From contig JBILMD010000002.1 of NCBI GenBank assembly GCA_044375675.1, forward strand, positions 41,104 through 105,103: a stretch of 64,000 nucleotides of DNA. The letters run 5' to 3'. The stretch comes from Alphaproteobacteria bacterium. GTDB lineage: Bacteria; Pseudomonadota; Alphaproteobacteria; JAJTHO01; CANGYM01. A program made the position numbers and the translations under genes. The notes under the pieces are model-generated. The model was not told the origin of the DNA and made no database searches. It saw nothing but the letters and a program-made list of their open reading frames with translations. Within the stretch, counting starts at the first letter, position 1. The number at the start of each line of letters is the position of its first letter. Below, one piece after another: positions 47,806 to 57,533 of the stretch.

Positions 47806-49476
47806 ATGGCTGAAGACGTTCTTTCTTCCCCCCAAGGGTCATTGCTGGAAAAGCTTCGGGGCTTGGGCCCCGTGAAGTTGGTTTTGTTTGTTGGGTTGGC
47901 CCTGGCCCTGATTATCTTTACGTTTTCGGTCAGCACCCGCATGGGGACCGTGGACATGCAGCCCCTGTATAACGATTTGGATCCTGTGGATGCCAATGAA
48001 ATTGTGGCGCGGTTAGAGGTTGCGAACATCCCGTATCGCTTGGAAAAAGAGGGAAAATCCCTGTTGGTTGCCAGCGGAGAGTCAGGGCGCGTGCGCATTT
48101 TGCTGGCCGAGGCGGGCCTGCCCCGTGGGGGAAGCTCAGGATACGAGCTTTTTGACAAAGACGAGGGTCTTGGCACCAGCAGCTTTAAGCAAAACATCAC
48201 AAAAATCAGGGCTCTGGAGGGAGAGCTGGCCAAAACCATCATGTCCATCGCCGGAATCCGTAACGCCCGTGTGCATCTGGTCCTGCCTGAGCGGCAGTTG
48301 TTTTCTGAGGAAAAACAGGCCCCTTCGGCCTCGGTCTTTTTGCGCTTGGCATCGGCCACCACCTTGTCCAAATCTCAGGTCATGGCCATTCAATATCTGG
48401 TGGCCTCTGCTGTGCCGGAACTGAAAACCAATGCGGTATCTATTATTGACAATAACGGCAATCTGATTGCCCATGCCCAGGAAAACCAAGAGGGCGCGGG
48501 CGATGCCAGCACCAACGAAGATATGCGCTCTGCGTATCAAACACGGCTTTCCAGCGAATTAAAAACCCTTTTGGAAAGCACCTTGGGGGTGGGGAAAGTC
48601 CGTCTGCAAACCAATGTCGATATGGATTTTGATCAGGTCAGCACCAATACGGAAACCTTTGATCCTGAAAAATCGGCGGTGCGTTCATCCCAAACCGTGA
48701 CGGAAGACAATCAAACCACCAATCCCACCAAAACCGTTTCTGTGGAAAATAACCTGCCCGAAAACCAAGGCCAACAAAGCGAAAATGCAGCCCAAGACCT
48801 ATCGCGCCGGTCCGAAGAAACCCTGAATTACGAAGTTTCCAAGCAAATCACCAGCAAAGTCCGTCAATCCGGCGTGGTGCGAAAACTGTCCGTGGCTGTC
48901 GTTGTGGACGGGATGTATGACACCAATGATAAAGGCGAGCGCACTTATAAACCCCGCACCCCCGAAGAGTTGGAAAAAATTGCCACCATCGTGAAGTCCG
49001 CCGTAGGGTACGACGAAGAACGCGGGGACAAAGTCGAAGTCATCAACATGCAGTTCATTTCTTTTGCGGACGAGGCCATGGCCGAAGAGGCTACGCTGCT
49101 GGATCAGATTGACGTGAATAATTATGTCAAAATCATTGAAACGTTGGTTCTCTCGTTCATTGGTCTTTTGGTGATCTTCCTTGTGATTCGTCCGCTGATG
49201 CAAAAGGTTCTGGAAAGTGTCCCCGAAATTACGGGCGGCGAAACATCCGATCAGTTGCTGGCAGCAGCAGGTATTACCCCTGCTTTGGAGGGGCCCACAG
49301 GCAAAGCCATAGCAGGATCCCGTCAGGACAACGCGGATTCAGGGGACATGATCAACATTGATTCCATCAAAGGCCAAATTCGCACATCCAGCATCAAACG
49401 CGTGGGTGAAATCATCGAGCAACACCCAGAAGAAGCCCTGAATATCATTCGCGGCTGGATTTACGAGGGACAATAA
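47806..49476 (+). CDS. fliF: flagellar M-ring protein FliF
   Basis: 556 aa. N-terminal TM helix, FliF core (…NARVHLVLPERQLFSEEKQAPSASVFLRL…), second TM helix near the C-terminus. Confidence 0.9.
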   Translation: MAEDVLSSPQGSLLEKLRGLGPVKLVLFVGLALALIIFTFSVSTRMGTVDMQPLYNDLDPVDANEIVARLEVANIPYRLEKEGKSLLVASGESGRVRILLAEAGLPRGGSSGYELFDKDEGLGTSSFKQNITKIRALEGELAKTIMSIAGIRNARVHLVLPERQLFSEEKQAPSASVFLRLASATTLSKSQVMAIQYLVASAVPELKTNAVSIIDNNGNLIAHAQENQEGAGDASTNEDMRSAYQTRLSSELKTLLESTLGVGKVRLQTNVDMDFDQVSTNTETFDPEKSAVRSSQTVTEDNQTTNPTKTVSVENNLPENQGQQSENAAQDLSRRSEETLNYEVSKQITSKVRQSGVVRKLSVAVVVDGMYDTNDKGERTYKPRTPEELEKIATIVKSAVGYDEERGDKVEVINMQFISFADEAMAEEATLLDQIDVNNYVKIIETLVLSFIGLLVIFLVIRPLMQKVLESVPEITGGETSDQLLAAAGITPALEGPTGKAIAGSRQDNADSGDMINIDSIKGQIRTSSIKRVGEIIEQHPEEALNIIRGWIYEGQ

Positions 49477-49478
49477 CC

Positions 49479-50504
49479 ATGGCTGTACGCATTGACCGTG
49501 ATCAATACAAAACCTTAACCGGCCAAGAAAAAGCCGCCATGTTGATGCTGGCGCTTGGGGAAACCTATAGCATCAAGCTGTTTCGATTGATGCAGGATGA
49601 CGAAATCAGGGAAATTTCCCAAACCATGGCCACCCTTGGCAAAGTCGAAGCCGCTGTGATTGAAAAATTGCTCATGGATTTTGTGGAAGGCTTTAGCCAA
49701 TCGGGATCCCTAGTGGGTAGCTATGACACCACGGAACGCTTGTTGGCCCAGGTGATGGACAGCGAACGGGTGGGTGCCATTATGGAGGATATTCGCGGCC
49801 CCGCAGGACGCACCATGTGGGACAAGCTGGGGAACGTGAACGAAAACGTGCTCGCCAACTTCCTGAAAAACGAATACCCCCAAACGGTTTCTGTTGTTTT
49901 ATCCAAAGTGCGTCCGGATCATGCGGCCAAGGTTTTGGGGCTATTGCCGGAATCATTAGCCATGGATGTGATTAATCGGATGCTGAAAATGGAGGCCGTG
50001 AAAAAAGAAGTCCTGAACGACGTTGAAAAAACGCTGCGCAATGAATTCATGAGTAACATTGCCCGCACCAACAAACGCGATGCGTTTGAAATGATGGCAG
50101 AAATCTTTAACGGCTTTGATCGCAGCACGGAAACCCGATTCATGAGCGCCCTGGAAGAGCGGGATGGGGATTCTGCAGAAAAAATTAAGGCCATGATGTT
50201 TACCTTTAATGACCTCAATCGTCTGGATCCCACAGGCATTCAGGCCGTTCTCAGGGATGCGGACAAGGAAAAACTGGCTGTGGCTTTGAAAGGGGCGTCA
50301 GAGGGGATTCGCGAAATGTTCTTTGGGAATATGTCCGAGCGTGCGGCCAAAATCCTGCGTGAAGATATCGAGGCCATGGGACCCGTCAAGGTTCGGGATG
50401 TGGAAGATGCCCAGATGCACGTGGTGCGCGTGGCTAAAGACCTTTCTGACAAAGGAGAAATTGACATCTCCGACAGCAAGGGTGGGGATGAATTGGTGTA
50501 CTAG
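49479..50504 (+). CDS. fliG: flagellar motor switch protein FliG
   Basis: 341 aa. KAAMLMLALGE N-terminus and FliG_C-like region (…MFTFNDLNRLDPTGIQAVLR…). Confidence 0.9.
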   Translation: MAVRIDRDQYKTLTGQEKAAMLMLALGETYSIKLFRLMQDDEIREISQTMATLGKVEAAVIEKLLMDFVEGFSQSGSLVGSYDTTERLLAQVMDSERVGAIMEDIRGPAGRTMWDKLGNVNENVLANFLKNEYPQTVSVVLSKVRPDHAAKVLGLLPESLAMDVINRMLKMEAVKKEVLNDVEKTLRNEFMSNIARTNKRDAFEMMAEIFNGFDRSTETRFMSALEERDGDSAEKIKAMMFTFNDLNRLDPTGIQAVLRDADKEKLAVALKGASEGIREMFFGNMSERAAKILREDIEAMGPVKVRDVEDAQMHVVRVAKDLSDKGEIDISDSKGGDELVY

Positions 50505-50506
50505 TC

Positions 50507-51172
50507 ATGACGCAAAAATTTTTGTTTTCTCAGCGCTTTGATGATGCCGGTTTCGTTCAGGAACAGGTTCAGACCATGCCCGAGGCTGTTGTGATGGACG
50601 ATCTTCCCGAAGATACAGGCCCCTTGTTGCTTCATAGTGATGAGGATTTGCAGATTGCCAAAACTCTCGCCTTTGAAGAGGGTCGCAGCGAAGGCTATCA
50701 GGAAGCCCAAATCCAGTTCGAAGCCAAGCAGTCCCAAGCCCTGGAAAAACTCGCCGATCAAATCACGGACATCATGCTGATGCACGATCACCTAATTCAA
50801 ACCATGGAACATACGGCGGCGGACATTGCTTTGGCCATTGCGCGGATTTTTTTGCATAAAATTCCGGCCCCCGTGTATCAAAAGCAACTGCGGCAGATGG
50901 TCATGGATTTTTGCGCGGCCCATCGGGATAAAGACGGATTCCTGCGCATCACCTGCCACACGCAGGACATACCGATTGTTCAAGACACCCTGTCCAAACG
51001 CCCAGAAATGGCAGGAAAAATTCACATCGCTGAGGAAAACACCTTCACCCCTGGCGATGTGCAAATGTCTTGGGGGGATGGCTTTGTCACCTTTTCCCAA
51101 GACCAACTGCGCCAGCAGATCACAACCTTTTTTCAAAGCCACCAACCATCCCCTAAAGGAGAAAAAGCATGA
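50507..51172 (+). CDS. flbE: FliH-like flagellar assembly protein (FlbE of the Caulobacter-type fliF operon)
   Basis: Position between fliG and fliN, and a coiled-coil/acidic FliH-like sequence (…EEGRSEGYQEAQIQFEAKQSQALEKL…). Function inferred from operon context. Confidence 0.6.
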   Translation: MTQKFLFSQRFDDAGFVQEQVQTMPEAVVMDDLPEDTGPLLLHSDEDLQIAKTLAFEEGRSEGYQEAQIQFEAKQSQALEKLADQITDIMLMHDHLIQTMEHTAADIALAIARIFLHKIPAPVYQKQLRQMVMDFCAAHRDKDGFLRITCHTQDIPIVQDTLSKRPEMAGKIHIAEENTFTPGDVQMSWGDGFVTFSQDQLRQQITTFFQSHQPSPKGEKA

Positions 51173-51522
51173 GCGACACAATGAAATTGCCAAACCTGGA
51201 AAACCAAAACACAAACACAGAGGACCTGATGCAGGATCTGGATGATGAACCCAATTTATCGAAACATAAGGTCACAACCCATGATCTGGAGGCGGTTTAT
51301 ACCATCCCCATCAACGTCAAAGCGGTTTTGGGGGAAGCCCGCATGGAGGTCAACCAACTGCTAAAACTGGGCCGTGGGGCCGTGGTGGAGCTGGACCGCA
51401 AAGTGGGGGAGCCCATTGATATCTATGTCAATAACCGTCTGGTGGCCCGCGGCGAGGTTGTGATTGTTGATGACCGTCTGGGCGTGACCATGACAGAGAT
51501 CATCAAATCAGGCGCGGCGTAA
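51169..51522 (+). CDS. fliN: flagellar motor switch protein FliN
   Basis: C-terminal SpoA/FliN domain IPINVKAVLGEARMEVNQLLKLGRGAVVELDRKVGEPIDIYVNNRLVARGEVVIVDD. Confidence 0.85.
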   Translation: MSDTMKLPNLENQNTNTEDLMQDLDDEPNLSKHKVTTHDLEAVYTIPINVKAVLGEARMEVNQLLKLGRGAVVELDRKVGEPIDIYVNNRLVARGEVVIVDDRLGVTMTEIIKSGAA

Positions 51523-51555
51523 TATCCAAAAAATAAGAACAATAGGAGAAAAATC

Positions 51556-52914
51556 ATGAGACTGCTCATCGTTGGACATTTAGACGGACATTTTACCCAA
51601 GCGGCCGCCATCGCGGTGCGCAAAGGGGCCAAAGTGGCCCACGTTGACACCATGGAAAAGGCCCTGCATGCCCTGCGTTCCGGCCAGGGCGCCGACATGG
51701 TGATGATGGATGTCATGCTGCCCATAGGCAGCCTGATTGAGCAGATTCAGGCAGAACGCATCTTCGTGCCCGTGGTGGCGTGCGGTATCGGCAACGATAC
51801 ACAGGCCGCCGTGCGGGCCATTAAGGATGGGGCTAAGGAATACATCCCGCTGCCCCCAGATGTGGATTTGATTGCGGCGGTGTTAGCGGCCGTTTCGCAG
51901 GATAATCACAAAGTGATTTACCGCGACCCCGCCATGGGCCGCATTGTCAAACTGGCCGAACAGATTGCCCCATCCCAGGCCAGTGTTTTGATCACAGGCG
52001 AATCCGGAACCGGAAAGGAAGTCATCGCCCAATTCATCCACAGCAAAAGCAAACGTGCCGATCAAAATTTTATTTCCGTCAACTGCGCTGCGATTCCCGA
52101 AAATCTGTTGGAATCCGAACTGTTTGGGCATGAAAAGGGGGCCTTTACCGGCGCCGTCGCCAGACGCGTGGGAAAATTTGAAGAGGCCAACGGCGGCACC
52201 CTGTTGCTGGATGAGGTCACGGAAATGGACCCCCGTCTGCAGGCAAAATTGCTGCGGGCCATCCAAGAAAGAGAGATTGACCGTTTGGGCGGTTCCCAAC
52301 CGGTGAAAATTGATATCCGCCTGATTGCCACATCCAACCGTGACATGATGGAAGCGGTGAAAGATGGAACCTTTCGCGAAGACCTTTATTTCCGCCTGAA
52401 CGTCTTTAACCTGCAAATCCCCCCCTTGCGGAAACGTCCGCAAGACATTGCGGTTTTGGCCGATTATTTCATCAAAAAATATGCCGCGGCCAATGGCCTG
52501 CTGCCGCTGCCGTTGTCGGATAAGGCCTTGGCCAAACTGGAACAATACCACTGGCGCGGCAATGTTCGGGAACTGGAAAACGCCATGCATCGGGCGGTTT
52601 TGCTGGCGGAGGGGACCAAAATCGAAGAAGCCGCCATCATGATGACCAGCGACCTGTTAAAACTGGCCGAAGAACGGGACGATGATCTGGACGCCATGGC
52701 CACCAGTTTGGATGCCGTCACGCAGGCCACCAGCGATAACCCCCTCATCGGGCGCACGGTGGCGGATGTTGAGCGGGATTTGATTTTAAACACGCTGGAT
52801 CATTGCCTTGGCAACCGAACCCACGCCGCCAATATCCTCGGGATTTCCATCCGCACCCTCAGAAACAAACTGAAACAGTATGAGGACGAGGGGCTGAACA
52901 TGGCGCGGGCGTAA
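51556..52914 (+). CDS. flbD: sigma-54-dependent flagellar transcriptional regulator FlbD (NtrC/Fis family)
   Basis: Receiver-like N-terminus with GHLDG instead of the DD pair. AAA+ sigma-54 activation domain (GESGTGKE, GAFTGA motif, ESELFGHEKGAFTGA). C-terminal HTH (NRTHAANILGISIRTLRNKLK). Last gene of the fliF operon. Confidence 0.9.
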   Translation: MRLLIVGHLDGHFTQAAAIAVRKGAKVAHVDTMEKALHALRSGQGADMVMMDVMLPIGSLIEQIQAERIFVPVVACGIGNDTQAAVRAIKDGAKEYIPLPPDVDLIAAVLAAVSQDNHKVIYRDPAMGRIVKLAEQIAPSQASVLITGESGTGKEVIAQFIHSKSKRADQNFISVNCAAIPENLLESELFGHEKGAFTGAVARRVGKFEEANGGTLLLDEVTEMDPRLQAKLLRAIQEREIDRLGGSQPVKIDIRLIATSNRDMMEAVKDGTFREDLYFRLNVFNLQIPPLRKRPQDIAVLADYFIKKYAAANGLLPLPLSDKALAKLEQYHWRGNVRELENAMHRAVLLAEGTKIEEAAIMMTSDLLKLAEERDDDLDAMATSLDAVTQATSDNPLIGRTVADVERDLILNTLDHCLGNRTHAANILGISIRTLRNKLKQYEDEGLNMARA

Positions 52915-52924
52915 CTTTGCCCGT

Positions 52925-54484
52925 TTAATAAAACGACGCCCTCAGCAGCAACCGACCATACTCTGTTTGTGGGCCCGCAAAAAAGGCGGGGGCGGGTTGG
53001 TATTCGACGGTTTTTCCGTTTTTTAACACCAAAACGTCATGGGCCATGGATTGCACCACGCGCAAATCATGGCTGATGAACAGATAACTCAGACCCAGCG
53101 ACGTTTGCAAATGTTGCAAAAGCGAAATGATATGGCGGCGGGTTACGCTGTCCAGGGCCGATGTGGGCTCGTCCAAAATCAAAACATCAGGATCGGTCAT
53201 CAGGGCCCGTGCGATGGCCACACGTTGACGCTGCCCGCCAGAGAGTTGGTGCGGCCAAGCATAAAAAAAGTCCGGCGGCAACTGCACACGTTCCATCATG
53301 CCCAACACGTCCTGTTGTGTTTTCCCTGCTGCCGCCTGCATCAAAGAGGATCCCACGGTTTTTCGGGGATTCAGGGACGCAAAAGGATCCTGAAACACAA
53401 TCTGAACACGGGGGCGCTGCTGGCGCAGAGCCTTTGGGGGCAGGGTGTCCCACCGCGCGTCCTTCACCCAAATCTGCCCTTGGGACGGCAGGGTCCGCAG
53501 CAAAGCCAGAGCCAGCGTTGATTTTCCCGATCCGCTTTCCCCCACCACCGCCAACGTATGACTTTTTTTCAGCGTGAAAGACACCTGATCCACCAAAGGG
53601 GGGCCCAAGCGTTTTCGCCAAAAGGTCCCTGATTGGGGCAAAGACACGGACAGATCCTTGGCCGCCATGGCTGCGGGTGCATCCTGTGACACAACGGGCG
53701 GCACCAAATCCTGATAAACAGACAGCAATTGACGGGTATACGGTTGCTGGGGATCTGCAAACAGGGTTTCTGTGGGCTGCACCTCGATGATTTTGCCCTG
53801 ATGCATGACACAGGTCACGGTGGCCATTTTCCTCACCAGCGGCAAATCATGGCTGATCAGCAGCAGGGCCATGGTGTATTTTTCCTGCAGGGTCTTTAAA
53901 AGATTTAAAATTTTTTCCTGACTGTAAACGTCCAACGCGGTGGTGGGTTCATCCGCAATCAGCAGCCGCGGATGATTCAGCAGAGCCATGGCAATCACGG
54001 CCCGCTGGCGTTGCCCCCCCGAAAGTTGGTGGGGATAACGGGATAAAATGTGCGGCAGAGCGTGCAAATCAACATCACGTAAAACATCCATGATGCGACT
54101 TTTTTTCATTTCAGGTGAAAGATCTGGCTGGTGCAAATCAAGCGCTTCTTTCATTTGTTTCCCAAGGCATTGCAGGGGATTCAGGGCGGATTGGGGTTCC
54201 TGAAACACAAACCCGATGTCCCCCCCCCGAACACCCCGAAGGTTTTTAAGGGGCAGGGAGAGGAGATTTTTTCCCTCAAAAAAAACCTCCCCCGTATAGG
54301 GTGATGTCAGGCCATCATCCAACAGCCGAAGTACAGCGCCGGCGGTTAATGTTTTCCCAGAACCGCTTTCCCCCACCAGGGCAACACACTGCCCTGGCAG
54401 AACATCAAAGCTGACGTCGTGAACCAAGGGTTGCCCTAAGGTGACGGACAACCCACGAACAGAGAGCAGGGGGGCAGAGGTCAT
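52925..54484 (-). CDS. ABC transporter ATP-binding protein with two fused DppD/DppF-type ATPase domains (YejF-like)
   Basis: Two Walker A motifs (GESGSGKT, GESGSGKS), two LSGGQRQR signatures, and a QEPQSALNP oligopeptide-type motif. Confidence 0.85.
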   Translation of the reverse strand: MTSAPLLSVRGLSVTLGQPLVHDVSFDVLPGQCVALVGESGSGKTLTAGAVLRLLDDGLTSPYTGEVFFEGKNLLSLPLKNLRGVRGGDIGFVFQEPQSALNPLQCLGKQMKEALDLHQPDLSPEMKKSRIMDVLRDVDLHALPHILSRYPHQLSGGQRQRAVIAMALLNHPRLLIADEPTTALDVYSQEKILNLLKTLQEKYTMALLLISHDLPLVRKMATVTCVMHQGKIIEVQPTETLFADPQQPYTRQLLSVYQDLVPPVVSQDAPAAMAAKDLSVSLPQSGTFWRKRLGPPLVDQVSFTLKKSHTLAVVGESGSGKSTLALALLRTLPSQGQIWVKDARWDTLPPKALRQQRPRVQIVFQDPFASLNPRKTVGSSLMQAAAGKTQQDVLGMMERVQLPPDFFYAWPHQLSGGQRQRVAIARALMTDPDVLILDEPTSALDSVTRRHIISLLQHLQTSLGLSYLFISHDLRVVQSMAHDVLVLKNGKTVEYQPAPAFFAGPQTEYGRLLLRASFY

Positions 54485-55548
54485 GGCAGAACTTTAAACG
54501 TCCTTCCCGCGTTGGGGGCTTCGGGATCGGGTTCAAAAGAAAACGACAGGGTGTTTTTTTTGCCGGTGACAAGGTTTTTTAGGCCCTGAAAAAACGCACG
54601 ACCCTGTGACTGAAAGTCGGGATTGTCTTTCACAAAACTTTCCTCAAGCGTACTCAGGCGATCGGTGGCAAGGGTTACGGCCTCTGCCTGTGACACGCCG
54701 GCCTCTTTGGCAAAATAACCCAGCCAGACTTTCATAAGGCCCAAATCCTTAAACACGCTGGCCATCCCTTCCGCCTTAAGAGACGTTAAGGGATCAAAGG
54801 GCTGCGCAGAAACAGGATCTTGGCCTTTGCGCCATGCATCAATGGTTTCTGTCACACCCCGAAGCAGGGCGCGATTGGACAGGTCAAAAAGACCCGCCAC
54901 ATACCAGCGGTCCACATAAACCCACTGATCGATGGACGGGGTTTTCAAACTAAGATCCACCGCCACCCCTGTTTGGGGGAGTTTATTGAGAAGAAACAGA
55001 GCAAAATCCTCTTTTTGAGCCCCCAAAGATGTCCGCAGGGCTTTTTTAAAGGCTTCCATTTGGGCAGGGGCGGCTTCGCCCGCCAAAAACAAACTGGCCA
55101 ATTCCAAACGCCCCCCCCGAAATTGCCCTTGTTCGATCTTCAGATGGGACAAACGCACATCCCGCAGCCCCACCGTCAGCAATCCTTGTTCCGTTGGTGT
55201 CGAAAGGGATACATTGGTGATGATGGTTGACAAATCCCGCGCCACCGCCACCTGTTCCGCGTAAAAAATCGTTTTGTTTTCAGACCCTTTTTTCTGAACA
55301 TCGGTATAGAGATTCTTCAAAACGATCTTGCCGCCGTCTAAACGGATGCCATCAAAGGTGACTTTGCTGCCTGTGCTTTTTTCAAACTGGTAAATGATGG
55401 CCTGAGCCACGGGATAGGCGGGATGGGACACTTTTTGAATTTGCCGGACCACAAAAAAAAGGGCCACCACAGCCAGTGCCGCCAAAACCCCCAGAACAAT
55501 CCTGCGGGGTGTGAGTTTTATGGATTTTCCTTTAATGTTTAACGCCAT
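54481..55548 (-). CDS. hypothetical membrane-anchored periplasmic protein (operon partner of the ABC genes)
   Basis: ORF to the GTG at 55599. The ATG at 55546-48 gives MALNIKGKSIKLTPRRIVLGVLAALAVVALFFVV (N-terminal TM anchor). 4-nt overlap with the ATPase gene, and it overlaps the permease gene. No family recognised. Confidence 0.55.
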   Translation of the reverse strand: MALNIKGKSIKLTPRRIVLGVLAALAVVALFFVVRQIQKVSHPAYPVAQAIIYQFEKSTGSKVTFDGIRLDGGKIVLKNLYTDVQKKGSENKTIFYAEQVAVARDLSTIITNVSLSTPTEQGLLTVGLRDVRLSHLKIEQGQFRGGRLELASLFLAGEAAPAQMEAFKKALRTSLGAQKEDFALFLLNKLPQTGVAVDLSLKTPSIDQWVYVDRWYVAGLFDLSNRALLRGVTETIDAWRKGQDPVSAQPFDPLTSLKAEGMASVFKDLGLMKVWLGYFAKEAGVSQAEAVTLATDRLSTLEESFVKDNPDFQSQGRAFFQGLKNLVTGKKNTLSFSFEPDPEAPNAGRTFKVLP

Positions 55549-56299
55549 AGCCCCGTTTCCATCCCTCGTAACACAACGTCCATAAAACAACCGTGACACC
55601 CAAAACCACCGCCATGCCTAAGCGGATGTCACCATCATGATGGTCTGTCATGGCATAGCGCATCCCATCAATCATGTAAAAAATGGGATTAAAATCAATC
55701 ATAAAGTGCCAAGCTGGGTCCAGATTTTGAACCGAATAGAACGTGCCCGATAAAAATGACAGCGGGGCCACCACAAAATTGGTAATGGTGGCCACGTGAT
55801 CAAATTTTTCTGCCCACATTCCGGTTAAAACCCCCACAAGGCCCAGAGAAATCCCCCCAAAAATCGTGTGAAATGCCAGAATTTCAGGGTGGTGTATCGA
55901 AAGCGGAACAAACGCCATCATGGCCAAGGCCACACTCAGGGACACCAAAACCCCCCGTGTCATGGCCGCCGCGGCCATGGCCAACAAGAAGCCTGCGGTG
56001 CTGATGGGGGCCAGCAACAGATCCACCAAACAACCATTCATTTTGCTGATAATCAGGGAAGACGACGAATTGGCAAAAGCATTTTGCAGCAGCGCCATCA
56101 TGATCAGGCCAGGGGCCAAAAATTCTGGAAAAGAGAGCCCCCCAACGGTTGTTTGATCAGAATGGTGCAGGGCCACCTGAAACACTGTTAAAAACAACAA
56201 TGTGGTGACCATGGGGGCCACCATGGTTTGCATCCAGACTTTGACAAAACGGCGTGTTTCTTTTTGGTAGAGAACCCAAATTCCCAAGAGATTGGTCAT
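55532..56299 (-). CDS. ABC-2 family transporter permease (NodJ/YadH-like)
   Basis: ORF to the TTG at 56335; I prefer the ATG at 56299 (MTNLLGIWVLYQKETRRFVKVW…). Six TM helices typical of ABC-2 permeases. Confidence 0.75.
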   Translation of the reverse strand: MTNLLGIWVLYQKETRRFVKVWMQTMVAPMVTTLLFLTVFQVALHHSDQTTVGGLSFPEFLAPGLIMMALLQNAFANSSSSLIISKMNGCLVDLLLAPISTAGFLLAMAAAAMTRGVLVSLSVALAMMAFVPLSIHHPEILAFHTIFGGISLGLVGVLTGMWAEKFDHVATITNFVVAPLSFLSGTFYSVQNLDPAWHFMIDFNPIFYMIDGMRYAMTDHHDGDIRLGMAVVLGVTVVLWTLCYEGWKRGYGVKH

Positions 56300-56375
56300 A
56301 ATGGCCTTTTGATGACGATAGAATCTTTTCAACAAAGATCATGACGTTTTCCCCGCCACTTGGCAAGCGTCAGAA

Positions 56376-57533
56376 TCAAGACGATGGCGCCAAAAGCCCA
56401 AGGATCGTTTGCGCAGCAACGGCGGATGGTTTTTCCGGTGGATGGGTGGGGGAAAGCCCCAAGAGCGCCGTTTCTATGGCCTGCACCCGCTCTTGTCGTT
56501 TTTCTGGGGGCAGCAGGTCCATCATGGCGTGGGTGAGGTGATCCACGGTGGCATCGCCCTGAATGTATTCAGGGAAAATGGGCTGATTGGTCAAAATGTT
56601 AATCAGGCTGGCGTATTGAACGCGCACCAGTTGTCGCACCAGCCAAGCGGTGATGGGGGAAACACGGTACGTTACGACCGTGGGCACCCGCGCCCAAGCC
56701 AGTTCCAGAGTAATGGTGCCGGAGGCCGCCAAAGCCAAATCCATAGAGGCCAAGGTTTCTGTTTTTTTTGCGGGATCATCAATAATATCAACCGGCGTTG
56801 TCCATCCGGCGACGGCATCTTTCAAACGCTGGGCCACCGAAGGGGCCGCCAGCATGACAAAGGATGCGTTGGGCCGCTCTGCGGCCAAGCGTGCGGCCAC
56901 ATCCTGAAACAACGGCAAAAGAGCCTTCAGCTCTTGGCCGCGGCTGCCAGGCAGCAGGCCGATACGCAAAGGATCGGTGTCTTCTCTGGGATGTTTTTTG
57001 GGCAGCTCTGTTTGCAAAACCGGATGCCCCGTGCAGGTGGTGGGCAGGCCATGAACCGTAAAATAGGGTGGCTCAAAGGGATAAAGGCACAGCAAATGAT
57101 CCACGGTATGGGCCAATGTTTTGGCGCGGTATGCCTTCCAAGCCCACACAGACGGGGCAACGTAATGCACGAGAATGCTTTTAATTTTCCCCTGTTCTCT
57201 CGCTTTTTTTAGCTTCTTCATAATCCTGAGTGTGAAGTCCGGCGCATCCACGCCAATAACCATATCTGGATTCAGCGCCAGAATGTTTTTTGTGGTGTTT
57301 CCCATAATGCGTAAAATTTTTGGGATATGGGGGATGACCTCAGCCAAGCCCATAACATTCAAATCATTTTGATCCTGCCATGTGTGGCATCCCGCCGCCC
57401 GCATCTGGGGGCCGGTGACGCCGTAAAAGGTAAAAGCCCCCGGGGCCCGTTCCTGCAGTTCCCGAATCAAATGGCTGGCGATGGTATCGCCGGAGGTTTC
57501 ACCCGTTAAAATCACGATGGTTTTCATTGGCAT
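56376..57533 (-). CDS. lpxB: lipid-A-disaccharide synthase
   Basis: IVILTGETSGD N-terminus and GT-B fold motifs. Confidence 0.9.
   Translation of the reverse strand: MPMKTIVILTGETSGDTIASHLIRELQERAPGAFTFYGVTGPQMRAAGCHTWQDQNDLNVMGLAEVIPHIPKILRIMGNTTKNILALNPDMVIGVDAPDFTLRIMKKLKKAREQGKIKSILVHYVAPSVWAWKAYRAKTLAHTVDHLLCLYPFEPPYFTVHGLPTTCTGHPVLQTELPKKHPREDTDPLRIGLLPGSRGQELKALLPLFQDVAARLAAERPNASFVMLAAPSVAQRLKDAVAGWTTPVDIIDDPAKKTETLASMDLALAASGTITLELAWARVPTVVTYRVSPITAWLVRQLVRVQYASLINILTNQPIFPEYIQGDATVDHLTHAMMDLLPPEKRQERVQAIETALLGLSPTHPPEKPSAVAAQTILGLLAPSS

Noticed and set aside
47685-48371. 228-aa minus-strand ORF
   Set aside because: Antisense to the 5' part of fliF, which has unmistakable FliF sequence. 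Shadow ORF.
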